A DNA stretch of 62,786 nt, the filler included, from Klebsormidium nitens (lineage: Eukaryota; Plantae; Klebsormidiophyceae), in NCBI GenBank assembly GCA_000708835.1. It is 6 parts of 6 records of this genome, joined end to end, with 100 filler letters (N's around TTAATTAATTAA, not from the genome) between each part and the next. Parts side by side here need not be neighbours in the genome. Positions count along the whole stretch, not along the records: positions 22,260 to 39,133 come from DF237707.1; 5 more parts are not named here. One strand, given 5' to 3'. This document shows positions 22,986 to 35,200 of this stretch, piece after piece. The translations under genes and the position numbers were made by a program. The notes under the pieces were generated by a model that saw only the letters and a program-made list of their open reading frames with translations, was not told the DNA's origin and did not search any database. How positions within the stretch are numbered: the stretch's first letter is position 1; every line of letters starts with the position of its first letter.

Positions 22986-25900
22986 TCATACTAGGCCTGG
23001 TGCATATCGCTCACATAAGCTGGCAAGGTTTCTCTCAAAGTCTTGTGACGGCGGCAGGTGCTTGATCATCATCCTCCACCTTTTCCGGCAAGCGGTCCCG
23101 TCCCTACAGCAACCGCACTCAATCACGCAAAGAAGTGACAAGGTCATCACTTCATGAGTGACTCCCAACCGTCTTCATTCAAGAAGCCAACCAGAGGCTT
23201 CTTCTAGCGTTCTGAGGTAGAACTTGCATCTTGACATCGCCCAAATGGAAGACTTCGTAACGTCGCGTTTGAAGGCCCAGTTGTACCCTCGTAGTGACTA
23301 ACTCATGCACTTTCAGGCTGTCTTCACGTAGAGCATTCTCATGAAGCAGGTCGACAACGATAAGCCCTCTTGGGACATGCCCATCCAAATGCTGCCTCAG
23401 ATGCTCCTCTTCGTCCATGAGCAGATCGGCCAAATGTCTCAAAAGCGGGGATCGTTGCGGCACAAACGGAGGCACAAAACCGTGGAGTCACAGAACACGC
23501 GACAAAACAAAGCCGTCGCCAAAGTGTCCAGCAACGGATCGCGTACCTGTGGGGTAGCAGGCTGGCCCACTCCACTTCTGGCTCTGACGTCGCGCCTGAC
23601 TCGACGATCCTGCAAACATTTCCTAATCCTGTCATTTTGAGTCGTTGCATGCTCGCACAGAGCGATTTGGTGTCTATCCCTTGTTGACGGCAATTGCATC
23701 ACGCAAAGCTTTCGAATGATTGCGATTTCCTCGCTAAACCGTTTCTTGACCTGCGAGCCATGTCATCCTTTATTTGCGCCGCAGGCTTCCGCCTGAAATG
23801 ACGACAGTGGATTTGATTGTATAAAAAGAGCTCTGAGGAACTTGAGCTTTGAGGAACTTGAGCAGACGCAATGAGGATCAAGAAGAACTTGCGTAAACGT
23901 TCAAAAGTTTCTTTTCGACTTTCAGTTCCACGCAATGAGAGAAGCAGAGGGTTAAGATTGGTTACAACCTGTGATACAATCCCTCTCTCCTCCAGTGATT
24001 GCCCTTCCATTCGTTGGAGCCCGATGCATCTAGAACGTACTTACTCAGGCTCTTCCAATCATCATTCGTCCCACCAATGACAGCACAAACCTCACTTTCG
24101 CAAGCAAACAATAGCTTCCCTCAATACAATCAAAGTTTGTCCTGCTCGTAGCGTCAAAGAGGGGTGCACTACAAAACCGGACCCACCTCTGTAGCATAAG
24201 CTGGTCGTCTTCGCCTCCCCACTCCTCGACCCCAGTCCCCGTCCGCACCATTCCAGGCGCTAGCACATCGTACCAATGCCGCAAACACTGGTTTGCGGTT
24301 CGGACGCCCATCCGAGCCGAGATCGCCGTCCAGTCAATGTCGTCTCGGACCTGCCGCCCGTCGACGACTCTTTCTACGGACGTCCGGATCCGCTTCTGGG
24401 AGAGGCTCTCTTGAACTAGGCGCGACAGTTGCTCGCTCTCTTTGGGCGACCATTGACCTGTACAAAGAAGGGGCGTGCGAGTTGCACTATCAGAAACTGC
24501 CAAAAATGACAAAGAGGAGCGCAAGGGGAAAACTGTCGCTTTCTTGCAAAGGTTCTTTCTTGCGGGGGTTCGAGACCTGCGTAAGGGAGAGGGAGAAGAG
24601 TCTGTATGAGCCAAGACTCATTCGAGAGTGACAAAGTTTTGCTGGCTCAGATCCGTGTCGACAAAGATGTCGCTTATGATCTGTGGCCTGCGAAAGGGAT
24701 GGAGGAATAGTCTGCGGTATGCCCAGGAGCGTTCGAAACTGACTGGAAACAAAGCATCCGCCCACAATACGTTCCCTGAGCCGCTGGCAGACCGATCATC
24801 TGCATGGGCAGTCCTTTTCAAAGGCCTTCGAACAGAATAAAGTCTTGAGGACAGGTTCTGTCTCATGCAAACGGAGAGAATATTCGGCTTTCCTCCCCAA
24901 GCAGCGTTAATACAGAGAGAGAAGCCGTTCATGGAGACTCTCGAAAAGGCAATCCACACTTCCTTCTCACTTTTCACTTCCTTCTCACCCTTTTTCTTGT
25001 CGGTGACCCCGATGATTCTCCACTTGTCCTTGCAGGCGTCCGGGAGTCGGCCCATCATGCTCCCAATCTGTACCCACTTCGGACCCAGCTGGGCATGCAA
25101 CCTGCAAAAAGCGGCGCCTCAGAAAGATTGGGGACTCTGCTTCCAACCTGTTCCCATCTCACTTAGAAAATCATCGTGTGGGGCGGCCTGCATGCCGCCT
25201 ATGGACAACAAATCTGGGTGGCAACAGCCAAGAATCCAGTCGCTTCGGAAGTGTTGATCAACGAACTTAATATGTTGCAAACACAAATAGAAGCTCCCTG
25301 TGCACCAACTTCGGACCCAGCTGGGCATGCAACCTGCAGAAAAGCGGGGCCTCCAAAAAAGCGGGAACTTCGCTCTCAATGCATACTTCATCTTGCTTAG
25401 TGACATTGCGTGGTGATACGGCTTGGGTGCAGCTTGACGGTACTTTTGTGGGCGATTAGACCGCTCGATCGCTTCGACTGGTTTCATCAAAGGTCTGGAT
25501 CCGTTGCGGATTCACGGCGAATACCTTACCCTTCTGTCGTCAGCTGTCTCGTGGAGGTTGCCACACCACAAAAATAGGATACCTGACGAGTTGGGTGAGC
25601 CGAACAGCTGCCCACAACCGAAAAACTTGAAAAGCCGAGACGCCAAAAGGCTTCACGTTTGAAGATGACCCTTTCTAACACTTACCTGTGTCCCGGGAAT
25701 GTCACCTTCTCTAATATCTGCTCCCAGAGCGTCTTCGCAAAGCTGAATAAGCTGGCTAACACCTGAAGCTGTGATGAAGCTGGTGCCTACTCTTAGCGTT
25801 ATTTATCATCGCATGTTCGTTGTTAACCACAAAAAGCTAAGGGTTCTCAAGGAACGTTATTTCTTTCAACTCACGTTTGCAGCCTTTCCTCTTCTTCCCG

Positions 25901-28509
25901 GCTCCACCGCCCCTTGTAGTTGCCCCCATGTAGGAGCCGGCACGCACGCGCATGCACTCTCTTTACGCTTCGCTCGGGAAGGCAGCGGGCTGCAAAAACA
26001 CGTAAGCGAAAACCTCAGAATCGCCTTTAGGTAACCTGCGGCGGAAATCAACAGATGCTATCCTTCTGAGTGGTTTAAGCCCAACAAATCGAATCTTAAA
26101 CAGGCAATCTGCCCCTTTGGCTGCCCCTTATGTATGTTCAGCATTCATCTATCGGAAGTGACACCCGGCGAAAATGCCTCTGGACTTACATTCGAGAGAA
26201 ACGGAAAGCAAAGACCCAAATTGTCCTTCAACTTCCGGCCACTTGTCAAGCCCCAACCATAAAGAATTGCACGATAGTGACCTTTACGAACTTATCATTC
26301 AACGACCTTCGCACACGCTGCGAGCTTGTGCAAGAACCTGACCTGGATATATCGCGACATACCTATCTCCAACCATGCTCCCTGGACTTCTTTATGCTTC
26401 CGGGTGTTGAGCAGCTTCTCAATGCCATCTTCTCCCAGATTTCGCTCCTGTAGAAGAAAACAAAAACGAGAGTTCAGAACACCGAAAGCGGGTCTCTGTA
26501 ACAAGTATATACACGAAGGTCGGTCCCACATCTTGCAACTCCTGACCTTTGGTGTGCATACGGCCACAGTGAACCCATCTAAGACTTGGTGGCACTTCAG
26601 TCGCCTCTCGGATCTGTCAAGAAACAAGATCATTTGCTCCAAAATCACTCGTCTGTTCTCAGCGTCCTTTCTCAGCGTTCGGAATCCCAAGAGAAAAAGC
26701 AACGTGTGTTAAGCCATCAGCGCTGACTGTCAAAGGACGCCAAACGTGACCTAATCGTGGCTTTGATTGCAGCAGACCTGACTCAATCACCCCTGACGCA
26801 GTGAAATGTCGTCGCCACATGTGATGGCCGTCAATACTTATAAGCAAAACGTCCCAAAGTTGGGTGTGGCGACGCGTACGATTTACAGAATACTTCACTG
26901 AGCCCGTTCCAGTACAAAGAATCAAAGGCTCAGTTCTCTGAGCGCTTAGCCGCCAGGCTAATGATTGACAAGACTTTTTGATGTCAAAAATGTCCTTACA
27001 GGAGCTCGGTCGTGGTCCATCTTTTTCTCTTTGCGAATCCCCTCCCCACAATTTCCACCTCGAACACACATGCACTTTCAGGAAAACACCTTCCGAATCC
27101 CGTCCCCGCAACTCTCCACCTGGAACACACGCACGATTTTAGGGAACACCAAGGGGCACTGGGGCACAAACCTCTATGTACTCCGCCACAGCTGCTCGAA
27201 TGATCTCATCCTCTTCCTTGCTAAACGCGCCGTACTTGAGGTCCGTCCTGACGTCATCGTCCTTCCAGTGCTCTGCTCGGTCACCCGAGAGGACGATTGC
27301 CTCCCCCTCATAGTCTGAAATTTCTTTCGCTGGACTTTGCCCCCTGGCTGCTTCTGGGGCCCGATCATTGGGCTCTTCTGAGGTAAGAACAATTGCGCCT
27401 GGAAGAGCGTTCACGTGCTTGTCAGAAGTGCTCATCCTGGGTTCCTTTGTGTTTCCGGTAGCTTGCCAACGAACATTATGAAAAGGGCTTCCAGCAGAAA
27501 AAGGCCTAGAATATGTTTTACCTGCTGGTTCAATTGAATGTCTAATCACTGAGTTCTGACTGCCTGACTGTTTGTAGACGCAGAGCGAGCGACCAACAAA
27601 ACAGGACTCCTCGACAATGTACAAAATCTCAAGCACGGGCAGCGTCATTGTGACACACGCATAAAAGCTGTTGCGCAGTTTATCCTTTTGCCATGATGCT
27701 GGCTCCAACTTCTGAGCGAAGCGTAAAGGATGAATTGAGCGAGCTTTTGAAGTTTTGCAGGTGCGTTCGGTGTCTGTACCACCACCCATACCACTGCAGT
27801 TCTGCCCCCGCTTGATCCAAATTGTCAAATTGCATCAGCTTCATTTATCATAAGACATTGCAAGCAATCTGCAGAGCTTAATCAGATTACATACAACAGA
27901 ACATTTAGTAAGTCAATGCGGACTCCAAATCAGCAAAATTTCCATAAAAGTACAGAGAGCGTTATCAAAATTCAATTGAGGATTGAAGGTTCCTGGTGGC
28001 ATAGGAGCCTTCTCAACATTTCAGATTTCCACCAGATAAAGATAAGCACTCAGCCCACATCATTCACCTTCCTCGGCGGTTCTCGCTTTCTTCTCCTTCT
28101 TTTTCTTCTTCTTCTTCCTCCTCTCCTCATCCCCTTTTTCCAGTCTCGTTTCTACTTGATGCTTACCCTTCTTCGTAGGCTCCACTGCCTCCACTAATTC
28201 CATCTCTTTGCCTGTATCCTCCGCTTGGGGTGCTTCTTCAGTAGTTCGATGCTTCTTTTTCTTTCTTTTCTTCTGGTCTTTCGCCCCGTCCTGCTCAGAA
28301 ACAGTCTTCTCTTCTCGCTCTCCCTTCCTGTCTTTCGTCACATCCTCACTAAGTGTAACCTCTTTCCGCGCCTTCTTCCTTTTCTCGGCCCCATCCCTGT
28401 CAGAGGGAGGCTTCTCTTTCTGGCCTGTTTCTCTTCTCTCAACGCCTTCCTCACCAGCTAACAACCTCGCTTTCCGCTTCTTCTTCGGAGAACCCAGAGA
28501 ATCTTCCAT
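22986..28509 (-). CDS. Multi-Myb protein, RNA polymerase I termination factor (TTF1/Reb1/DMTF1, At5g41020)-like
   Basis: Exons 28509-28068 (Lys-rich), 27398-27172 (LKYGAFSKEEDEIIRAAVAEYIE), 26447-26363 (GAWLEI), 25989-25875 (CLPERSVKRVHARACRLLHGGNYKGRWSREEEERL), 25101-24989 (LGPKWVQIGSMMGRLPDACKDKWR), 24457-24187 (GQWSPKE...DDIDWTAISARMGVRTANQCLRHWYDVL...WGGEDDQLML), 23609-23547 (EVEWASLLPH), 23103-22986 (DGTACRKRWRMMIKHL...ERYAPGLV*). Confidence 0.88.
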
Positions 28510-29284
28510 GGGGCTTTCTACAGTTTTGGAAAACTGGGAGTCAACAACCTGATCAAAAGATGTACTCTTGACTCTGAGCTCAGAACAATCACCACCATCG
28601 TTGGACTTTGTGCACGAAGGCGCTACTTACCCGAAATGCTGTACAGAAGTCACTGACGGACGTTTAACCACTAAACTTGACCTTGCTTGGACCTTTTGAC
28701 CGTTGTCCGCAGACACCAGGTGCTGCTGCATCTGGTAGAAACAGAGGCTGCTGCGGCTGCATATACACCCTCAATCATAGAAGCTCCCCAGGTGAACCTG
28801 CTTCTTGCACAGCAAAATTTTATTTGTGAAGACTGAAGTTCTGTGCAGCTTGAGAACCGTCACGGAAGTGCAGCCAGCCGTGGGTTATGCCAATGGGTTA
28901 CCGTGACAAACTCCGGTTTGTTGAAGACGGGGCTAAACCCTTCCTCTAGTTGACTTGGAAACATCTGCTGGCAACCCTTGATCTTCACAGGGAGAGAGTT
29001 ATCCCGACATGAAGAGGACGCTTGAAAGTTCAAATTACAAACCTTGAAATATTCTGGAGCCGAGTTCTGCTTGCTTGAACATTGAAGAAGGGTTTCAAGT
29101 GCTGCCTTCTGAAGAGATCGCGGTAATCTGCCAAGGACGCCTACATAGCTCCTGGGCATTTGCTCCTAGGCTCCCAGACATTTGCCCTTCCCTGCTACAA
29201 GGAGTTGGTCTTGGCCCCGGGTGGAGATTGGGTTACGGTACAAGGAAGGACGGTGTGCCTCCAATCGTAAACTGAAGTCCTAGA

Positions 29285-32200
29285 ATGGCGTCCAGAAAAG
29301 GGGAGGAGATTGTGGTGACTGCCTTAGGCGAGCTGTATAGCGGGCCAAATGAGCGCAGGTACTGGAGCAGCAAGAGGGTGAGTGTATTTGGAATGTGGCC
29401 AGCTGTCGGCGCCTGCATACTGCACAAAGTGCTCAAATAATATCCAAAGTCTTGTATATTATCAGGAATTTCAACATTTTACGACCACCGTTGAATACAG
29501 GAATCTTACAAGGTGGGAAGGCAGTGCGCATTGCAGAAGTAGTTGCGGCCGAAATGATTGGAGTTTGAGATCACCAATACAAGCAGATTGCTCATACCCT
29601 TTGCCATGCAGGGGCGAGATCGTTACCCATATCCCGTTGGCTACCAGGCCACTCGCGTGCAAGGGGGCCATGAGTACAGATTGGAGGTTGCTGAAGGACT
29701 AGAGGGTCCAGACTTTGTGGTATGTTCAATCTACGTCCAACAACCCTTATAGGCACAATGAGCCATGGAGTTTCTTGCTTTGAAGTGTTCTATGTCCATT
29801 CTGGCCAGAAATGACACATGGAGTAGATCAGGCTCTGTAGGACTTCTTGCTTAATGACAAGCAACTTGCTTGGCTGCCACATGGAAAGCTTGAATGAGGT
29901 GGAGCGGCTGCAAATGAAAGACAGTCTGAAGTTCAAGCCTTGTCCAAGCGAGGCCTGGCAACATTGCTGTAGCAGTTCAATGTGGCTGCACCCGTATAAG
30001 GTCGATACAGAAGCTGCCACCATCCTGACTTGCAGCCATCATTGTGACCCTAAAGACTGTGACTGCAGGTCTTGATAGTCACGGCCATCCTGCTGAGTGG
30101 CTGCTTCTTGTTGAAATGCTCACAGGTGACTGACCCGCGAGGAGTACGCTATGCTGCGGAGACGGCCCTCAGAGTCTGGTCTGTAGCATTGAGGGCAAAT
30201 GGTCGGGCTGCCAGTGTCAAAGAGAATACAGATGGAGGAGAGGTGGGGCATGTGCCCTTGATTCTTTACCACACACATAGGCGGAGTTGACGAGGATAGT
30301 CAGAGCCTTCGAAAGTGGGAGGCATGATCGAGCAGTCCATTTGGAAATCCACCTTTCTCCAAAGCCTTCAAACCAAAAGCTGTCTATATTGAGATGTTGA
30401 AGAACAAGGATTTGAGAGACATCGACATCTTTTTCGCTGAATCATCTGCCACAATGCACTCAAATTGGAATGGCACGATCGTCCTCCTCATGAATCCAAG
30501 AATATCTGGTGTACCAGTCCGTCAAAAATGCTTCTCACATACAACTTTTGTCTCCTACTCGCAGATTTTCGGTTTTACAATGGTGAAGAAATACCTTCAG
30601 GACCTGGTTGCTCGCACCAGCGGTCTCGCACCCGGTGCTCCGGAAGCCAGCTCAACTCCTCTGTCTCCCCTCGCGTGCAACACTCCCACCATCTCTGGCT
30701 GTAGTAGGCGTGGAACCTTGAAACCAGCTCCAAAATCCCTGCCTGCGAAAAGGCCTGCTTCCGCCAGAAGGGGTAGACGGGATCCTAAGAAACAGAAAGG
30801 AGAGAGTCCGAACCCTGCTTCTCTTGTTGGGGCGGTGAGGCTAAAGGAGGCAGGCGGCGACCTCCCAGGGGTGAACCCAGTTCTGGCTTGTGACGATGCG
30901 TCCCTGACTGGGAATGCAAACAATGAGGCCAAGAGGCAAAAGCTGGGGGATCTGAAGTTTGCGAGCCCTGATGGTCTGCGGGTTGCTGAAGCGCCGCCAG
31001 CAGATCCTTTGCGCACAGAAGCTGCTCTTGAAGAGTCGGCGAAGTTGGGGAAGCAATGCAGCGGGAGAATTCGGGTTGCCTCAGAGGGCGGTCCGGGCCA
31101 GGGAGCAGAAACAGAAGGCTCAAAAGACGCCGTACAGAAGCGTCTGCAATTGGTGCCAGTGGAAGGGAAGGTGAGGCCGTCGCTTGGACGTTCAAAATTC
31201 GGAAAGTATCAGCAAAGCCGAAGACTTCAACTGCCAGAGTGTGTTCTGTTCCAAACCTGTAGGCCGGTGCTTCTGACATGGCACCCTCACATACCAGCTT
31301 CTGACAGATCTATTTCTGGCAATCCGAAAGTATGGGACATTTTCACCTAGTTCTCGTATGGTCCAAAAAAGGCCACAGGGTCATTGTTTATTCTTCCCCC
31401 GACTTTGAACCAGGAGTCCTATCTGGAAGCAAACCTATTCTGTATTATGAAGCATCCAGCCAGCACTTGCAACTGCATCATGCAAGTACCGAACCCACCC
31501 AGTGACCGGAAACTTTTGCAGCGGGCAAAGGAGTGTACCTATTGACAAGACAGGAGATGTGAGGACCGGGCAGCAAACGCGAGATAGGGAGCTGATTGGA
31601 GGTCAGCAAGTTCCATGTTTCCACAATTAGGCTGGAGACGGCTGGCAAAGTCTTGGATTCGAACAGTTCACAGCAGCCTCCCCGTATTCTCCTCTTACGA
31701 CTCCCTTCTTCCTGCAGGCACTGCTGGCAAAGCGAGAGGAGCTGCAGAAGTCTCTGGAAGCGAACAGATTGGCTCTAGCCCGCTCTCGAAAGGCCAGGCA
31801 GAGGAAGCTCGTTGAAAGCAGTGCACTAGACAGATGCTTGCCGCCAGTTGAAGACGATTGGAGAGAGCTGGCGGCAAAGGCGGAGGGGACAGAAGGAGCC
31901 TGCCAGAATCAGGAGGGCAAGGAAGAACGGGCAGCACAATTCGGAGCGGAGCAGGAAGCGGGTGTTGCGCGGTTAGAAACGAACGAGGGGCTCAGAATTG
32001 AAGGGGCCTTGGTGGACAAGGAACAGGGGACTGAAGCGGACGAACGGACGGGATCTGCGAGACACGGAAGAGTTGGTGTCTTCGAAGAGGGGGCAGTCAG
32101 AGGAAGCCAGGAGGACGGCCAAGTTGAGAAGCAGCATGTCATCAGTGCGGGGAAACGAGGGGCGGATGAGAAGGGGAGCTTAGGGGACAGTGATGCAGAA

Positions 32201-35200
32201 GAGGAGGGCGAGTGCGAGACTGCCGATCGAAACTTGACGGACTCGGCTGGGCGGAGCAAACGGGAACTTTCTGGGGCCCCTGCGGCGGACGCTGGTTTTA
32301 GGACTTCCCCAGGGAGCGCGGCGCAGCGTCCCTATCGGCCCGCAGACAGCCCTCCTAGCGGCGCACGAAATGTGGGGACCGAAGCCAAAAGCCCCGGGGG
32401 TCAGCAGTGGTGTCCCAATCACCCGGAAGGGGACGAGCACGTGCCTCGGACTGTGGACATGGAGGCGGAGACAGAGCCCGAGAGTGACGTGTCTCACTCA
32501 GCGGACTTGGGGGAGGAGGGAATCGGAAGCGGCGGGGGTGCTGAGGTGGAGAGCGCCCTTGCGGACAAAGCTGCTGACGTCAGCAGTCCAAGGGCCAGTG
32601 AAGCGGCGTGGGCACACGAGTCTGTGGGGACAGCGACAGCGTTGGGGCGGCGGGCGGAGGAGGAAGCAACGGGAGAAGAGGGTTTGATCGGGAGAAAGTT
32701 GTGTGAGATTACTCCCTCTGACGTTAGCATATTGAAGGTTAGGGAAGGAGCCGCTTTTGATCATCACGGCGGGTCTGAAGCGCAGCGCATTTTTGAGGAT
32801 GACAGTACGGAGCCTCCGGACGTCTTCCCCGCTTCCCCAGCAGAGAGGCAGGAACGTGAGAACGGGCCAGCGAGTTGGCACGGGGATTCAGGCCCAGAAA
32901 GGAAGCCCGGCACCGTCGACTTTGAGGCGGACAAAGGGGGGTGGTTCACGGCGGCTCGCAGCAGGAAGGGTAGCTTGGTGGGGCCCATGAAGGAACCGGT
33001 GAGAGTAGAAGCAAGCGGAGGGATAGGGGGTGCCGTATTGACAACCGGCAGGGCTCAGGTGGAGGCTGCGGCTGGGGAGAAAAACGGTGCAACGGGGACG
33101 CTGGCATGTGATGACAGAGTGATCGAGGAGACGGAACAGCAGGAGGCGGATTTGAGGGGGGGGTTCGGGCGGAACGGGTCGGGAGTCCGCTCAAGCTTGG
33201 GCACCGGAAGGAGTCGGAGTCTAGGCGCGCAAGAAGAGCAGCCCAGCACTACTGTCGCCGAATTGAGCAGATTGAACGGAAATGTTTCTCGACCGGATGG
33301 CAAAATAGATGGTGCTTCTGCAGGGAACGGAGACAGAGCTAGTCCGCGAAGTGGGGCCTCTCCGACAGCGAAAGCGCTCTTAGGGCAGGGCGTGGAAGCA
33401 GGGAAAAGGGAAGCGGCAATGGGCGGTGTGGTGGCACCTGCAGAGGGGAAAGGCCTTCCAGCTGCCGTTGTGAAAGGCGACTCTCCGGTGCAAGTAGCCG
33501 GAGCGCAAGAACGGAAGCGGAAGGTAAAGCGATTGAGCCTGACCCCCTTCAAGCGGTGGATGGCCACGGAAGAAGGGGAAACCGCCGTTGAGGGGGTTTG
33601 CGCAGCAGGTCATCCGCCCGGTGAACATGCCGAAGGGCCCGCAGTCCTTTCGGGGGCTGGTGTGAAAGAAACAAAGCGGAAGATGGGAGAGCTGAAGAAG
33701 CTAGCGGCGTTTGGATGGGAGGCAGAGAAGGTGTCTGCTGTCTCCCCGGGTACTGGAAAGGCCGGCAGAGAGGAGCAACGCGACGGGGAAATGAAGCAAC
33801 TAGAGCCGGGAGTTGCCCAGAGCGGGGGACGTTTGCGGTCAGTGTCTGGCGGAATTGGGGCGGAGTGCGGACGTCCGGAAGAGCACGGCCTAGAGCGAGG
33901 GCAGGACCCCCGGGGCGAGAAGCAAGTGACAGGTGAAGCAAATGTAGCGAGAAAGGTGGTGCCCGGTACGCTGGAGAAAGATGGGGGTGCGGAGGCTGCC
34001 GGCTTGGAGGGCGAGCGGATCGAAGGGGGGATTGAGGCCCCGGGGAAACCCGCTGTGAGGATATTCGGAAGCGACAGCCTGACCGAGCAGCAGTCTGAGC
34101 CACAGTGCTCTGAACCGGACGCTAGGGAGGGGAAAGAAACGGCCGGGATCGAGCCGGCTGCCACAACCGTTGATGCAAGCGCTGGATTAGTGCTAGCTGG
34201 GGAGGACGATTTTGTGTCAGCTTTGGAAGGAGGGGGAGTCGAAGGTTGCACGAGAGAAGAGCAGCCGGGCGGGGTGCTATCGGGTGAGCAGAAGGAGCCT
34301 CCCATAGTTGGAGTAGAAGCTGCGGACAAGGTGGAAGGAAACAGTCCGAAAGCGTCCGAGAGGGACGGGTCCGGCGCAGTCAGGAAGGGTGGCCTGATGC
34401 CGCTGAATCAGCACATGGATGGCCCGCCCACTAGGCCTCTCAGCGGACGCCTTGGTGAGCGGGGGCGACCAGCCAGCCCTGTTGCACGTCTGCAGCAGTC
34501 GCCGAAAGCGCCCCCCCGGGGCACGAGCAGCCCTCCTTCTGCCAGCGAGCGTAGCCGTGGTTCGTCCTGGCTTGGGCGGACGGTAGAGACAATCTCAGCC
34601 GCTTTTAGAGGCCCGGCCGGGTACAAACCGTTGGCTTTTACCCGGTCGAGGGACGCGGTGCCAAACGGGGCCAGTGTTGCGCCAGCTCCGAAAGATGACA
34701 CCACGGGGGAGGGAAAAGCCCGGCCACGGAACAAGTCGTGGCCTATCTGGACCGGGCCGACAAGCAACCCCAACTTGGGGAAGGTTGGAGGCAGCGCCCA
34801 AAAGGCGCCTCTTCCGGGGGGCTGCAGGGAGCCTCCCGAGGTTCGAAGAGTTGCTGACGTCATCGCGGTGCCGTCAGCTCTGGGGGCGAACCGGGGCAGG
34901 GCACTGGAGAGCCAGGCACGGCGGCTGGGGCGCTTCGAGGAGTCGGAAGCGGTGCGCGACTGGCCGGCCGGGGAGTTCCTGGTCCCGAGCACCCCCCCTG
35001 ACACGGCAGCCGAAGAGGACCCCCCGAAAGTAGAGGACAATGCGGGGGATCCCTCCAATCCGGAAGCTGTGCCCCCTGAGGGGCCGGAGGAAGGAGGCCT
35101 TGTGCCACAGCGGGGATTGCTTATGGGCGGTCTGGAAAGCGCATCGGGGGACGTCGGGCAGGGCCTTTTCCGCCCGGTGTGCTGCTTGGTGCAGCAAAAG

